DNA from: Mobula hypostoma
Lineage: Eukaryota
DNA: 64,000 nucleotides
Assembly: GCF_963921235.1 (NCBI RefSeq)
Contig: NC_086097.1
Span: 122,266,001-122,330,000, forward strand
Reading direction: 5' to 3'
The translations under genes and the position numbers were made by a program. Under the pieces are notes generated by a model, which worked only from the letters and a program-made list of their open reading frames with translations, made no database searches and was not told where the DNA came from. Of the stretch, positions 24,890 through 36,155 are shown piece by piece. Within the stretch, counting starts at the first letter, position 1. Each line of letters opens with the position of its first letter.

Positions 24890-25550
24890 TAAACAGACCT
24901 TCAGTTTTTTGACATATATTTGCTTATCCAAGAGTTCCTTAAATGTCCTTAATGTATCTGCTTCTACCACCATCCCTGGTTGCGCATTCCATACACCAAC
25001 TGTGTAAAAAAACATATTTCTGGCATCCCTCCATACTGTACTTTCTTAAAAATTATGCCCTCCTGTATTAACCACTTATGCCTTGGAAAAGAGTCTGGCT
25101 TTCAACTTGATCTATAACTTTTACACCTCTGTCAAGTCACCTCTCATCTTCCTTCACTCCAAGGAGAAAAGCCCTAGCTCACTCAACCTATCCTCATAAG
25201 ACATCCTCTCTAAACCAGGCAGCATCCTGGTAAATCTCCTCTACACCCTCTTTAAAGCACAGTCTCTGAATAGGGGGACATTCCTTTAGAGTTAAAGAAA
25301 ATTTTCTTTGGAAAGAGGGTGGTGAACCTGTGAAATTCGCTGCTACAGACGGTTTTGGAGGCCAAGTCACTGGGTACATCTAGAGTGGAGATTATTAGAT
25401 TCTTGATTAGTAAGGGCATCAAAGGTTATGGGGAGATGGTAGGAAAACGGGGTTGAGAGGGATAATAAGTCAGCCATGATAGACTGGTGGAACAGACTCG
25501 ATCTGCCTAATAGCTAAATTCTGCTCATATGTCTTATGGTCTATGATCTT
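24890..25550. mobile_element. Two CR1 3' fragments in opposite orientation
   Basis: Minus piece ~24890-25260 (VGVWNAQP..TFKELLDKQ); plus piece ~25260-25550 ending GTCTTATGGTCTATGATC. Confidence 0.75.
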
Positions 25551-26329
25551 AAGATCCTAAGGTAGGTGAGACATGAAACTGTTAAACCCATCGAAATATT
25601 TCATGTCTCTATTCAGACTGAATGAATGCAGAAGTCTGAAGGGTAGCCAATGGAGTACTAAAAAGAGCTAATCTGGGTAATTACAGGTCAATTAGTTTAA
25701 CTAAAGTAGTTGCAAAAATTTATAGTCTTTAATTAAGTATGAAATGAACATGTCTCTAGATTAAGAGGAAAGAGTAGAATGAATTTCAAAAGGTCTATTT
25801 GCAGTTGAACTCCACAGAATTCTCTCAGGAGACAAAACATGGTGAATGTCATACACTTGCTCTCTAAGAAAGCCTGTGGCAATGTACCAGAAATTCTCTG
25901 GTACAAAAAAGAGGATTACCAGAAAAGATTTAAGGGTGTGGAACTTGAGGGGAAAGGCAAATTGGGTTATAATATTTGGGAGTAAGAAAACAATATTAGT
26001 GTTTAGGAACATTTTTCATTAGATTGTGATGGTCACCAGGGTTTATTTCCGGGAACCACTTACTGCTGAACATTGATTCTGTACATCAATTATTTAGATG
26101 TAAACCTAGAAGGCATTTTGTCAAAATTTGCAGATGATTCCAAGAAAAGAGGAATGACTAATTCTTTTTAAAAAACAACCCAGATTGTGGGGCAGTGTAA
26201 TGGATGTAATGGTTAAAAGAAAGGCCAGGTCATGCCAAAAAGAATAGACTCATCACAATGTTAAGAGGTCTAGAAGCAAGTTGGTGCAACGTTAGAGTAG
26301 CTGTCGAGCCGTGGAATTTGGCACAACAA

Positions 26330-26640
26330 GTCTGCCCAAAAGTTGTTGGTCTGCCAGCACAGAAAGATGTCCGTGGAGGAATACTGCCAAATGGCATACT
26401 CCAGGCTGCAGGAGTGTGTGCTGAGGAAGACACCGACGCTTTGTGCAGCCACCAGAAGGACCACATTATAGGGTTCTTCCACTACCGGGCAGGGAGGGTC
26501 ACAGGGTTAGGTGAGAAAGCCCGTCAATTGTTGTATAAGTACCACCCAAGGGGGCCACATGGCTGGCAACGGTCGTACTGGTTTTAAAGAATTTAATAGA
26601 ACAGTACTGAAAGCACTGACAATGAATACATGAATAAAAA
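26330..26640 (+). mobile_element. Probable Tx1/L1-clade ORF2 C-terminus and 3' UTR
   Basis: Plus-frame SAQKLLVCQHRKMSVEEYCQMAYSRLQECVLRK..RTTL* resembles Tx1-like ORF2 ends; AATAAA near 26633. Confidence 0.5.
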
Positions 26641-27319
26641 GGCATTGCAGTTTTTTTTCTTGTAAATCTTTCTTTTGTGAGTAAAGTTTATTTTGCTGTA
26701 TAAAAACTGGCTCAACATATAGTGGGTAAAGCAGAAACACTTAATGTTGTACTGGAGGCTGAAGTAAAAAGGGCAAAAAATGAACATATATGGGACTGCT
26801 GCTAAAATAACACAAACAAAATGCTGGAGGGGCTCAGCAGGCTAGGCGGCATCTATGGAAAAGAGTAAACAGTCAGAGTTTCAGGCTGAGACACTCATAA
26901 TGATAAGTTCCTCCAGCATTTTGTGTGTGTTGCTTAGATTTCCAACATGGGCAGATTTTCTCTTGCTTGCGTTGCTAAAGTAATGAGGGTTACCCCTCCC
27001 CATCCCCAGAAATGAATACACCTAATATTTACTGCTGCCATTAATAGAAGTTAAATTATTTGGGAAGTTTGTGTCTTGCCCATTATTAACTTCAAACTAA
27101 TCTCACAATTTATATTCAGGTTTACTTGGGGTTATGTATTGGAAGCTGAGGGAACTGAGGTCAGAGGAGACCATTTAAGGTCTTGGTAGATCAGCTATGT
27201 TTTTAATGAAGGGTAAGCAAGATGATCTACCCCAGCTCCTGATTTGTTGTGCTCTTGTATTCCCTTTCTTACCAATTCTCCCCATTCTCCCCATTGCACA
27301 ATCTCTCTGGGATCGCTTG

Positions 27320-27735
27320 GGTTTCATTCAAACTGTCTAGTCCTATCGACCTGCACTGGGACCATAGCCCTCCCTACTCCAACCATCCATGTACCTATCC
27401 AAGCTTCTCTTAAACGTTGAAATCGAGCTCGCATGCGTCACTTGCACTGGCAGCTTGTTCCGCACCCTTATGACCCTCTGAGTGAAGAAGTTTGCCCCCA
27501 CGTTCAACTCTTCACTTTTCACCCTTAACCCATGACATCTAGTTGTAGTACCACCCAACCTCAGTGGAAAAAAAAGACTCCTTGCATTTACCCTATCTAT
27601 AATTTTGTATACCTCTATCAAATATTCTTTTAGTCTTCAATGTTCCACGGAATAAAGTCATAACCTATTCAATCGTTTGTTATAACTCTGGTCCTCCAGA
27701 CCTGGCAACATCCTTGTAAATTTACTCTGTACCCT
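27320..27735 (-). mobile_element. CR1 LINE 3' fragment
   Basis: IEVYKII..NFFTQRVIRVRNKLP..FKRSLDRYM. Confidence 0.85.
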
Positions 27736-29455
27736 TTTAAGATTTCATGGGACAAATTAGCATGCCGAGATTGCAAACCCCTGACATGCATCTGCGCTAT
27801 TTTATGCCGCGTGCTAGCTGCTGTTGGTATTGTTCAGAATTTTGCTTTAAAGGAAGCTCCAGCATCGTTAGAATCTCATGAAACAGACTACTTAGATGGC
27901 TGTCAAAACTATTTCCAACGTCAGCATTTCTCAAACATGTCATAGCATCCAGGCCTGTCATGGAAATAGTCTTTAGCGTGAAGGGTTTATCACTGTTTCG
28001 TCACCATTATTAATCACAATGTGTGTGTCAGTAATTAGGTTAGAATATTTTGGCAGGAGTGAGTGCATTTCTTATTCAGAAAGTGAGCTGGCATTCACAA
28101 TCCACCAGCTGTCAATTCAAGCTGCAAACCCTAAATAGGCCTCACATTTCCAATCTACAGTATTTTTGCTTTTAAAAAACAGCACCTATAAAATGGAAAC
28201 AGTAAATAACACAGGCATTATAGCAGTTGTCAAACAAAGATAGGGCTTTAAATTAAGCAGGCTTATAAATGCTGAGGGGAGAGTTGTGGGAGTTCAGTTG
28301 ATGTCATAAATCTGGGAAAAAAAACTTGGTTTATGACCAAGATGGGCCTTCAGACTGAATCACCACCATGAATGTACACCTCAGCATTAGCTACTGTAAT
28401 CGGAAATCAAATACAGCTTCCAAAAGGAAAACTCTAAACACAAGATATTCTGCAGATGCTGGAAATCCAGAGTAACACACACAAAATGATGGAGGAACTC
28501 AGCAGTTCAGGCAACGGCTATCGAGAGGAAGGAAGAAGCAACATTTAGGGCCGAGACCCTTCGTCGGGACTGGAAGGGGGACAGAGCTAGAATGAGGAGG
28601 TGGGGGGAGGGTATGTGGGTTAAGCCAGGTGAAGGGGAAGGTAAGTGGGTGGGGGAAAGAAGATAAAGTGAGAAGCATGGAGGGTATATGTGGAAGAGGC
28701 CATGGGCTGAAGAAGACGTAATCAAGGAGGAGAGGAGAATGGACCATGGGAGAAAGGGAAGGAGGCGGTGAAAATCTAATAATTATATATGAAGATCTTA
28801 AGAACTATGCAGTGCTGCACAGCTGAGCTGTTATTTTATGACCATAAGACGTAGGAGAAGAATTAGGCTATTCAGCCCATCAAGTATAACCTGGACACTA
28901 ACCAACATCAAATGTACAGAGTTTCCTCTGTGCTGAGATGAATGGAAATAATACAGAATCATGATTCATTAAAGTTCACCATCGCATAGCAGTTTCGAGA
29001 AGGTCTCAATAGGGACAGGGAATGCAAGCTAAAAATAGGAGAATGCTTGGCATTAATATTTAACATTTTAATCATTTTCCACCTATTTCAGGAAACTGCA
29101 GAGTGAATCACAAGTTATATGATCAAAGTCATTACCAAATTGCATTGGCTCCAAAGAACTTCACTTGCTGTGGTAGGACCAATAGATTTTGAGGTTACTC
29201 CGACAACATCAGAAAATAAATCTTGCAACTGACAGGGCCTCAAGAAGTCTAAATACCTAACCTGCTGTTGGCTATGAATAAAGAATTCCATGCAGGGTGA
29301 ACTAGTGACCGCTTAGATATGGAACTTCAGTTAAATCCAAACCCAGGTTAATAGAGGTCTGATGCCTGGAAGGATCTCACGTCAATGAATTTGAAAACAA
29401 AATCTCAGTGTTATGCTTGGTAACATAAAAATATTCAGCAGCACATGCTAGTGTC

Positions 29456-29483
<28 letters not shown>
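29456..29483. repeat. (CA)n microsatellite
   Basis: Uninterrupted CA run. Confidence 0.95.
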
Positions 29484-29488
<5 letters not shown>

Positions 29489-31334
29489 TCAAATTGGTCA
29501 CATGGGTGTAATTGGTCAGAGTGCGCTCATTGGGCTGGGAGTGCCTATACTGTGCTATATTTCTAACTAACATAAAATAAATAAATATTGGCGAGAATGT
29601 TAGCATGGACATTATGAATATCAGAAATAGGGAGAATAGGAATCGTATACCATCTCCATGTTCTTCTGATGCCAATGTTGCAATGGATTCCACAGGACTA
29701 AACCTTTCTTCAACAGCATGGATGACCCCTTACCAACTCAGACAGAAGGGATCATTAAACAGCTGACATGTTTAACTGTTTGGCGATTTCCTCTGATGTT
29801 TATTACAGTCCTATGGGCTCACTGTTTTCTAAAGTTGCTACAAGTTGATTCTACAGGGAGTGGGAGGCTAGATGCCGAAGAGAACTTTGCTGACTTTCTA
29901 CAACTGGATGCGTGGGGAGATTGGCAAAGCCTCAGGTAGTTCAGTAAGACTGGAGGAACGGACAAAAGGGTACAAGGAAAGCAGTAAAATGGATGAAAAT
30001 AGACGGTAAAGCCCAAGTAAGAAATGTAGTATGATCCAACATGATTACATGGTAAAACTACAGATGTAAGCATTAAAAAGTGGGAGAGCAAACATTAATT
30101 TTTCCCAACACTGACCCAAGACAGGCTCATCTTCTATATCTGATGATGGTTCTTTGGCCTGGAATATGGATTTCTCTGCCTCTGCTTCTGCTGCAGGTAT
30201 AAATTATTAGTAGCTGAACTGGCTACCAATAGGATAGTAAAACCACTGAGAAGATCACTGAGGTCACCCTCCCCCATTAGTGACATTTACCGGGAGCACT
30301 GTGTACAAAGGGGCCAGAGCATTGTTGAGGATCCCTATCAGGTCACAATCTCTGACCCACTACTGTCAGGAAAGAAGTTCAGGAGAATCGGGACGAGGAC
30401 TGCCAGACTGTGTAACAGCTTCTTCCCCCAGGCTGTGAGAGTAATGAACACCCTGACACTTCCGACGTCTCGTCCCTAGGGCAATGAGCTGTTTACTGTT
30501 TACCTGTGCAGTGCACTTCACAATCATTTTGAATTGTTTTTATTAAATAATTTGTGTTAATATTTTGTTTTATGTGCTGTGTGAGATATATGTATCGTGG
30601 GAGCACAGTGATCCAGAGAAACGTCATTTTATTTGGTTGTATGTATGTACAGTCAGATGACAATGCACTTGGACTTGAACTTGAACCAGGAGAAATCATG
30701 GGGCAACTGACTATTGTTGCTTTGAATATTATTCAATTTCATTGATCAGAATCGATCAGCAACTTTGTACAGGTAAGAAACAAGCAAGATTTTAGCATGG
30801 TCTGAATTGAGACAAATTTTCATCATGAGCTGTTTGTCACCTCCACCCATCATCTCCGAGCTTCTGTCGCTATTTACACACAGCCTTTCCCCATCTACAT
30901 ATCAGCCCTCCTTACCTGAATCCAACTCATTCCCTGCACCTCTGTATATTAGTTGTTTCCTCTCTATTTTTCTGTTTTGACTCGAAACATCAACTGTTCA
31001 TTTCACTACATAGAATCTTCCTAATTTGCTGAGTTAATTCAGTACCTTGTGTGTTGGATTGGACGGGTCTGGTGGATTAAAATAAAATACAAATCGAGTC
31101 AGTGGTGAGAAAGGTAAATGCAATGTTAGCATTCATTTCAAGAGGACTAGAATATAAAAGAAAGGATGTAATGCTGAGTCTTTATAAGGCATTTGTCCAA
31201 CTGCACTTAGAAAATTGTGAGCAGTGTTGGGCCCCTTATCGAAGAAGGGAGGTGCTGACATTGAAAAGGGTCCAGAGGTGGTTTGTGAGAATGATCACAG
31301 GAATGAATGGGTAGCCTCCAATATGATGCCATGA

Positions 31335-31745
31335 ACATCAATTTCTCAAACTTCCAGTAGTTGACCCCGCCTGCTTCACCATTCCCCCATTCTCGTTTCC
31401 CTCTCTCACCCTATCTCCTGACCTGCTCGTCACCTCCCTCTGGTGCTCCAACCCCTTCCCTTTCTTCCATGGGCTTCTATCCTCTCCTATCAGATTCCCC
31501 CTTCCCCAGCCCTTTATCTCTTTCACCAATCGACTTCCCAGCTCTTTACTTCACCCCCTCCCCCTCTCACGGTTTTACCTATCACCTACCACCCTGTATT
31601 TCTTCCTCCTTTCCTCGCACCTTCTTACTCTTTTTCTTTCCAGTCCTGATGAAGGGTTCCGGCCCAAAACATTGGCTGTTTACTCTTTTCCATAGATGCT
31701 GCCTGGCCTGCTGCGTGCCCCCAGCAGTTTGTGTGTGTTGCAACA
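31335..31745 (+). mobile_element. Penelope-like pLTR-derived repeat
   Basis: End of GIY-YIG ORF (ATGAACATCAATTTCTC), pyrimidine-rich UTR, decayed hammerhead CAGTCCTGATGAAGGGTTCCGGCCCAAAACATTGGCTG. Confidence 0.75.
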
Positions 31746-32119
31746 AATTCATGTCCTCAGTATAATTTTTATTTGTACAATTTGTCTTCTTTTCCATATT
31801 GGTCGTCAGTCATAGAGTCTTAGAGCAGCAGAGAAACAGGTGCTTCAGCCCATCTAGTCTGTGCTGAGCCAGTTAAACTGCCTACTCTCATTGACTTACA
31901 CCGTCCATACCCCTATATCCATGTATACATTCAAATTCTCCTAAACATTGAAATCAATCTCATTTTTTACTGAAAATACCTGCAAGAAAGCAAATCACAA
32001 GGTGGTATATGCTGACATATGCATACTTCGATAATAAATTTTACTTTGACTTTGATCTTCAAAATATCTTATATAGAATTAAAAGGCAGAGGAATGGGAC
32101 ATGAGTGCAGTTACTTACT

Positions 32120-32707
32120 GAATCAGGTTTAATATCACTGGCATATGTTCTGAAATGTGTTATTTTGCTGCAGCAGTACATTGCAATACAAAATAATTTA
32201 AAAATCTATAAATTTCAATAAAAGTATATAAAAATTCAATTCAATAAGTAGTGCAAAAACAGAGCAAAAAAGTTAGAAAATAAGTAAAAATTATACTGAA
32301 GTAATGTACATGAGTTCACTGTCAGTTCAGAAATCTGATGCCAGATGGGAAGAAGTTGTTCCTAAAACATTGGGTGTGTGTGTTCAGGCTCCTTTACTCC
32401 TCTTTGATGGTAGTAATGAGAAGAGGGCTCTTCCTGGGTGATAGGGGTCTGTCATGATGGATGACACCTTTCTGAGGCATCGCCTTTTGAAGGTGCCTTA
32501 GCCGCTGGGGAGGCTAGTGCGCCTGATGGAGCTGGCTGAGTTTACAACTTCTGTAGCTTGTACTGATCCTGTGCAGTGGCATCTCCATATCTGACTACGA
32601 TGCAGCCAGTTAGAATGGTCTCCACGATACATCATGGAAATTTGTGCAAGTCTTTGGTGACGTACCAGGTCTCCTCAAACCCGCAACGAAACGTTGCCAC
32701 TGCTGGC
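32120..32707 (-). mobile_element. Rex1/Babar LINE 3' fragment
   Basis: Nucleotide similarity to 13555-14045 throughout. Confidence 0.75.
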
Positions 32708-32709
32708 TA

Positions 32710-33120
32710 CAGTCATGTGCAAAAGTCTCAGGGACATGTAAAAAAAATTGTGTTAAGCGAAGATGCTTTCAAAATAATGAAAAGTTTCTAAATAACAAAA
32801 AAAAATGTACTATAAAGAGCTGTAAACAGTAAAAAAACGAAATCAAATCAATATTTGGTGTGACCACCTTTAGCCTTTAAAACTGCATCAGTTTTTTTAG
32901 TTACACTGTCATGCAGTTTTATAAGAAAACCGGCTGGTAGACTGTTCCAAGCATCCTGGATAACTTGCCACAATTCTTGTAAAAGCTGTCTCACTTGCTT
33001 CTGCCTCTCCAGGTAATCTCAGACAGCCTTGATTATGTTGAGGTCAGGGCTCCGTAGAGGCTATATCATCTGAAACCATATAAAAAAATCAATGGTGCCT
33101 AAGACTTTTGTAAAGTACTG
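32710..33120. mobile_element. Non-autonomous Tc1-like element
   Basis: TA|CAGTCATGTGCAAAAGTCTCAGGGAC ... GTGCCTAAGACTTTTGTAAAGTACTG|TG. Confidence 0.7.
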
Positions 33121-34063
33121 TGTATGCCCATCGTTGAAGATCCTTTCTCTCTCAGCGATGAGGTCTTTGGAACTTCTGTTGGCATTTCTGCAGCTCTGGG
33201 TTTTACGGGATGGGTTGCTAGCCCTATATCCATCCCTCTTCCTTTAGGACAGACTTGGGGCAGTCCATGGCAGAGTTGACAATACTTAGACTACCTATAA
33301 TTGGTCTCAAACACAAATGGAATCCTTCTCTACATCAACCCTGCCAAATTCAATGGAAATGAGCATTCTGGGATAGAAATTTGGCTGCTGATTCACTCAC
33401 TGCCAATTTGATCCACTGGCCGAAGTTACCATAGCTCTGGTTCCTCACCACGTGTCTCATCACTTGCTTCATTTGTTTTTACGCAGATTTGGCTTGTAAT
33501 TTATTTTGGATACTACCTCATGGGAACTGAATCACATGATCGTTTTAAGATGAGTAATTGGACAGAGTGTTATTTTAGGGGTCTTCTACAGCTTCATGCA
33601 AAAGAATATGAGCTCCACCATGGATGATCCCAAGCCCAGCTGCGAACAAAGAAAAGTTGGGTGTAGGGCTAGCAACCTCATCACATAAAAACCTAGGGTT
33701 ACAGGAACACCAATAGCAGCTCCAAAGACCCCATCCCTGGGAGAAGAAGGATCTGTCAATGGCCTATATCCCAGTAGGGGTGATGGTTTTAAGAAAAAGA
33801 AGTAGAAGAAGAAAAGAATATTGATTAAAGAAAAAAAATCTTACAATGGCATTGCACTTGCTGTATGCAAGATTGTAAAAGAGATGATTACAAGGGAATA
33901 AAGTAAGACAAGAATTCCCATGGGTTAAATGTTAAGCAACTTAGTGACTGAATCTGGGGATCTATTCCTGTCAGTATTTTGTTGACGATAGGAACAGGAT
34001 AAACAAAGTCCTCAGACAGCACACCAAGTGTGACAGTACAAGGAATTAAATGTATGGCCAACG

Positions 34064-34540
34064 TACTCGGTGGCCACTCGATTAGGTACACCTGTATATA
34101 TGCTGGTTAACACAAATGTCTTATTAACCAATCATATGACAGCAGTTCAATGCATAAAAGCATGCAGACATGGGCAAGAGGTTCACTTGTTCAGAGCAAA
34201 CATCAGCATGGGGAAGAAATGTGATCTAATTAACTTTGGCCTTGGAATGATTGGTGGTGCCAAATGGGGTGGTTTGAGTATCTTAGGAACTGCTGATCTG
34301 ATCTCCTAGGTTTTCACACACAACAGTCCCTAGACTTTAGAGAGATGGCATAAAGAACAAAAATAAATTAATTGAGTGGCAATTCTGTGTGTGAAAATGA
34401 GCCATGCATTACAACAGTGATCTATGGAAGACCATCTCCGATTGTACAAAACGTCAAATCTTGAAGTGGATGGCCTGCAACAGCAGAAGACCATAAACAT
34501 ACACTCAGTGGCCACTTTATATGGTACAGAAGGTGTATCC
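34064..34540 (+). mobile_element. Non-autonomous Tc1-like element, second copy of the 4882-6396 family, right end truncated
   Basis: TIR-like TACTCGGTGGCCACTCGATTAGGTACACC; MGKKCDLINFGLGMIGGAKWGGLSILGTADL; internal TIR copy at 34502. Confidence 0.8.
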
Positions 34541-34788
34541 TTTGAACATAGTTCTGCACCTTCGGTCTTCCCTGCTTTTTGAATGAGAGAGTCACATTAT
34601 CCATGTTCCAGCCTTCTCGTAGCTTGAAGGAACTTAGTGGGTTCAGAAAGTTTTCAACCAATGGGTCCACTGTCACTGCAGCCACTTCCTTTACCACCCT
34701 TGGATGAGGATCTAGTAATATTTCTGCTTTTAAGCCCTCCTGTGTTTCCCTAATAATTTAGTCCTTATAATTGTAGGATGGCCTAGCA

Positions 34789-35640
34789 CAGTGGTCCCCA
34801 ACCTCTGGGCCGCGAAGCATGCAAGAGTGCAGTGGTAGCTGGAGCGCACCCAGCACATCTTTAAGAAAAAAGTCGAAATAAACAAGCTAATTAATTAGGT
34901 GCCACCCAGAAGCCAGTCTGAAGGAAGTAGCTGTGGAAATTGCAGAGGCATTAGCAATGATCTTTCAAAAGTCAATATATTCTGGCGTGGTTCCGGAGGA
35001 CTGGAAGTTTGTAAATGTCACCCCGTTATTGAAGAAGGGGGCGAGGAAGCAAAAAGGAAATTATACACCTGGTAGCTTGACATCGGTGGTTGGGAAGTTG
35101 TCGGAATCGATTGTCAAGGATGAGATTATGATGAGACGCGATGGGCCAAACGGCCAACTTCTGCTCCTTTGTCTTATGGTTTCTGGTTCATCACAGGAAC
35201 TGAGGTGGAGAGGGTCAATAACTTTAAATTCTTCAGCATTAAGGATTGATGTTTCTCTCTCTGAAAAGTGTCAGAGGATCTTTTCTGGGATCAGCACGTA
35301 ACTATCATTACAAAGAAAGCACGGCAGCGCCTAAACTTTATTAGAAGTTTGTGTAGATTCAACATGTCACCTCAATCCTGACAGCCCTGTCTGGGCTGGC
35401 ATTTAAATTGACCAAACAATGGAAGAGCTAAAGGCTCCAGCGCCCTGGAAAGAGGAGTGAACATCGCGTAGAGCAAGTGAAACTGGCAATCGCCTCTGAT
35501 CTGGGCCGACATTTACGTGCCGGGCAGCACCTAATTAATTAGCTTGTTTATTTTGGCTTTTTTCTTAAAGGTGTGCTGGGTGCACTCCAGCTACTGTTGC
35601 ACCCCTGCATTCTTCACGGCCCAGAGGTTGGGGACCAATG
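34789..35640. mobile_element. hAT (Charlie-like) element with ~120-bp inverted arms enclosing retroelement fragments
   Basis: CAGTGGTCCCCAACCTCTGGGCC at the left end and its reverse complement at the right; 8-bp flanks GCCTAGCA / GTTTAGCA. Confidence 0.7.
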
Positions 35641-36155
35641 GTTTAGCAGGTTAAGGCACAAGGTATTCAAATTCATGTTCTCAGTATCACATATTCATTT
35701 ATTCCCCACACTTATCCCACACAGGTGGTCTTCTTTTGCGCATTGGTTGTTTCTCAATCTTTGTGTGTGTTTAGTTTCAAAGTACATATCAAATTTCTCA
35801 TTGATTTCATTATACTTCTTTGTTTACTGTGAATGTCAGCAAGAAAATGAATCTCAGAATAGTATATGGTGACACATACGTAGATTAATAATAAATTTGC
35901 TTTGAACTTGGAGTATTTTGAACTTTGGACATAGTTCAACTGAGAATTTGGGTGGACTGGTGGCAGATGGAATTTAATCAAGACAAGTGGTGGTAATGCA
36001 TTTTGTGAGGCGAAGTTCAAGTAGAACAATTAGAATAAATAGCAGAGACATGAAGGACATTGATTACAAAGTGATCTCTGTGAGAAAGCCTATAGCTTGC
36101 TGAAACTGGCAATGCAGTAAGTTAGAGTAGGTGTTTGGTATAAGAGCTGGGACAT

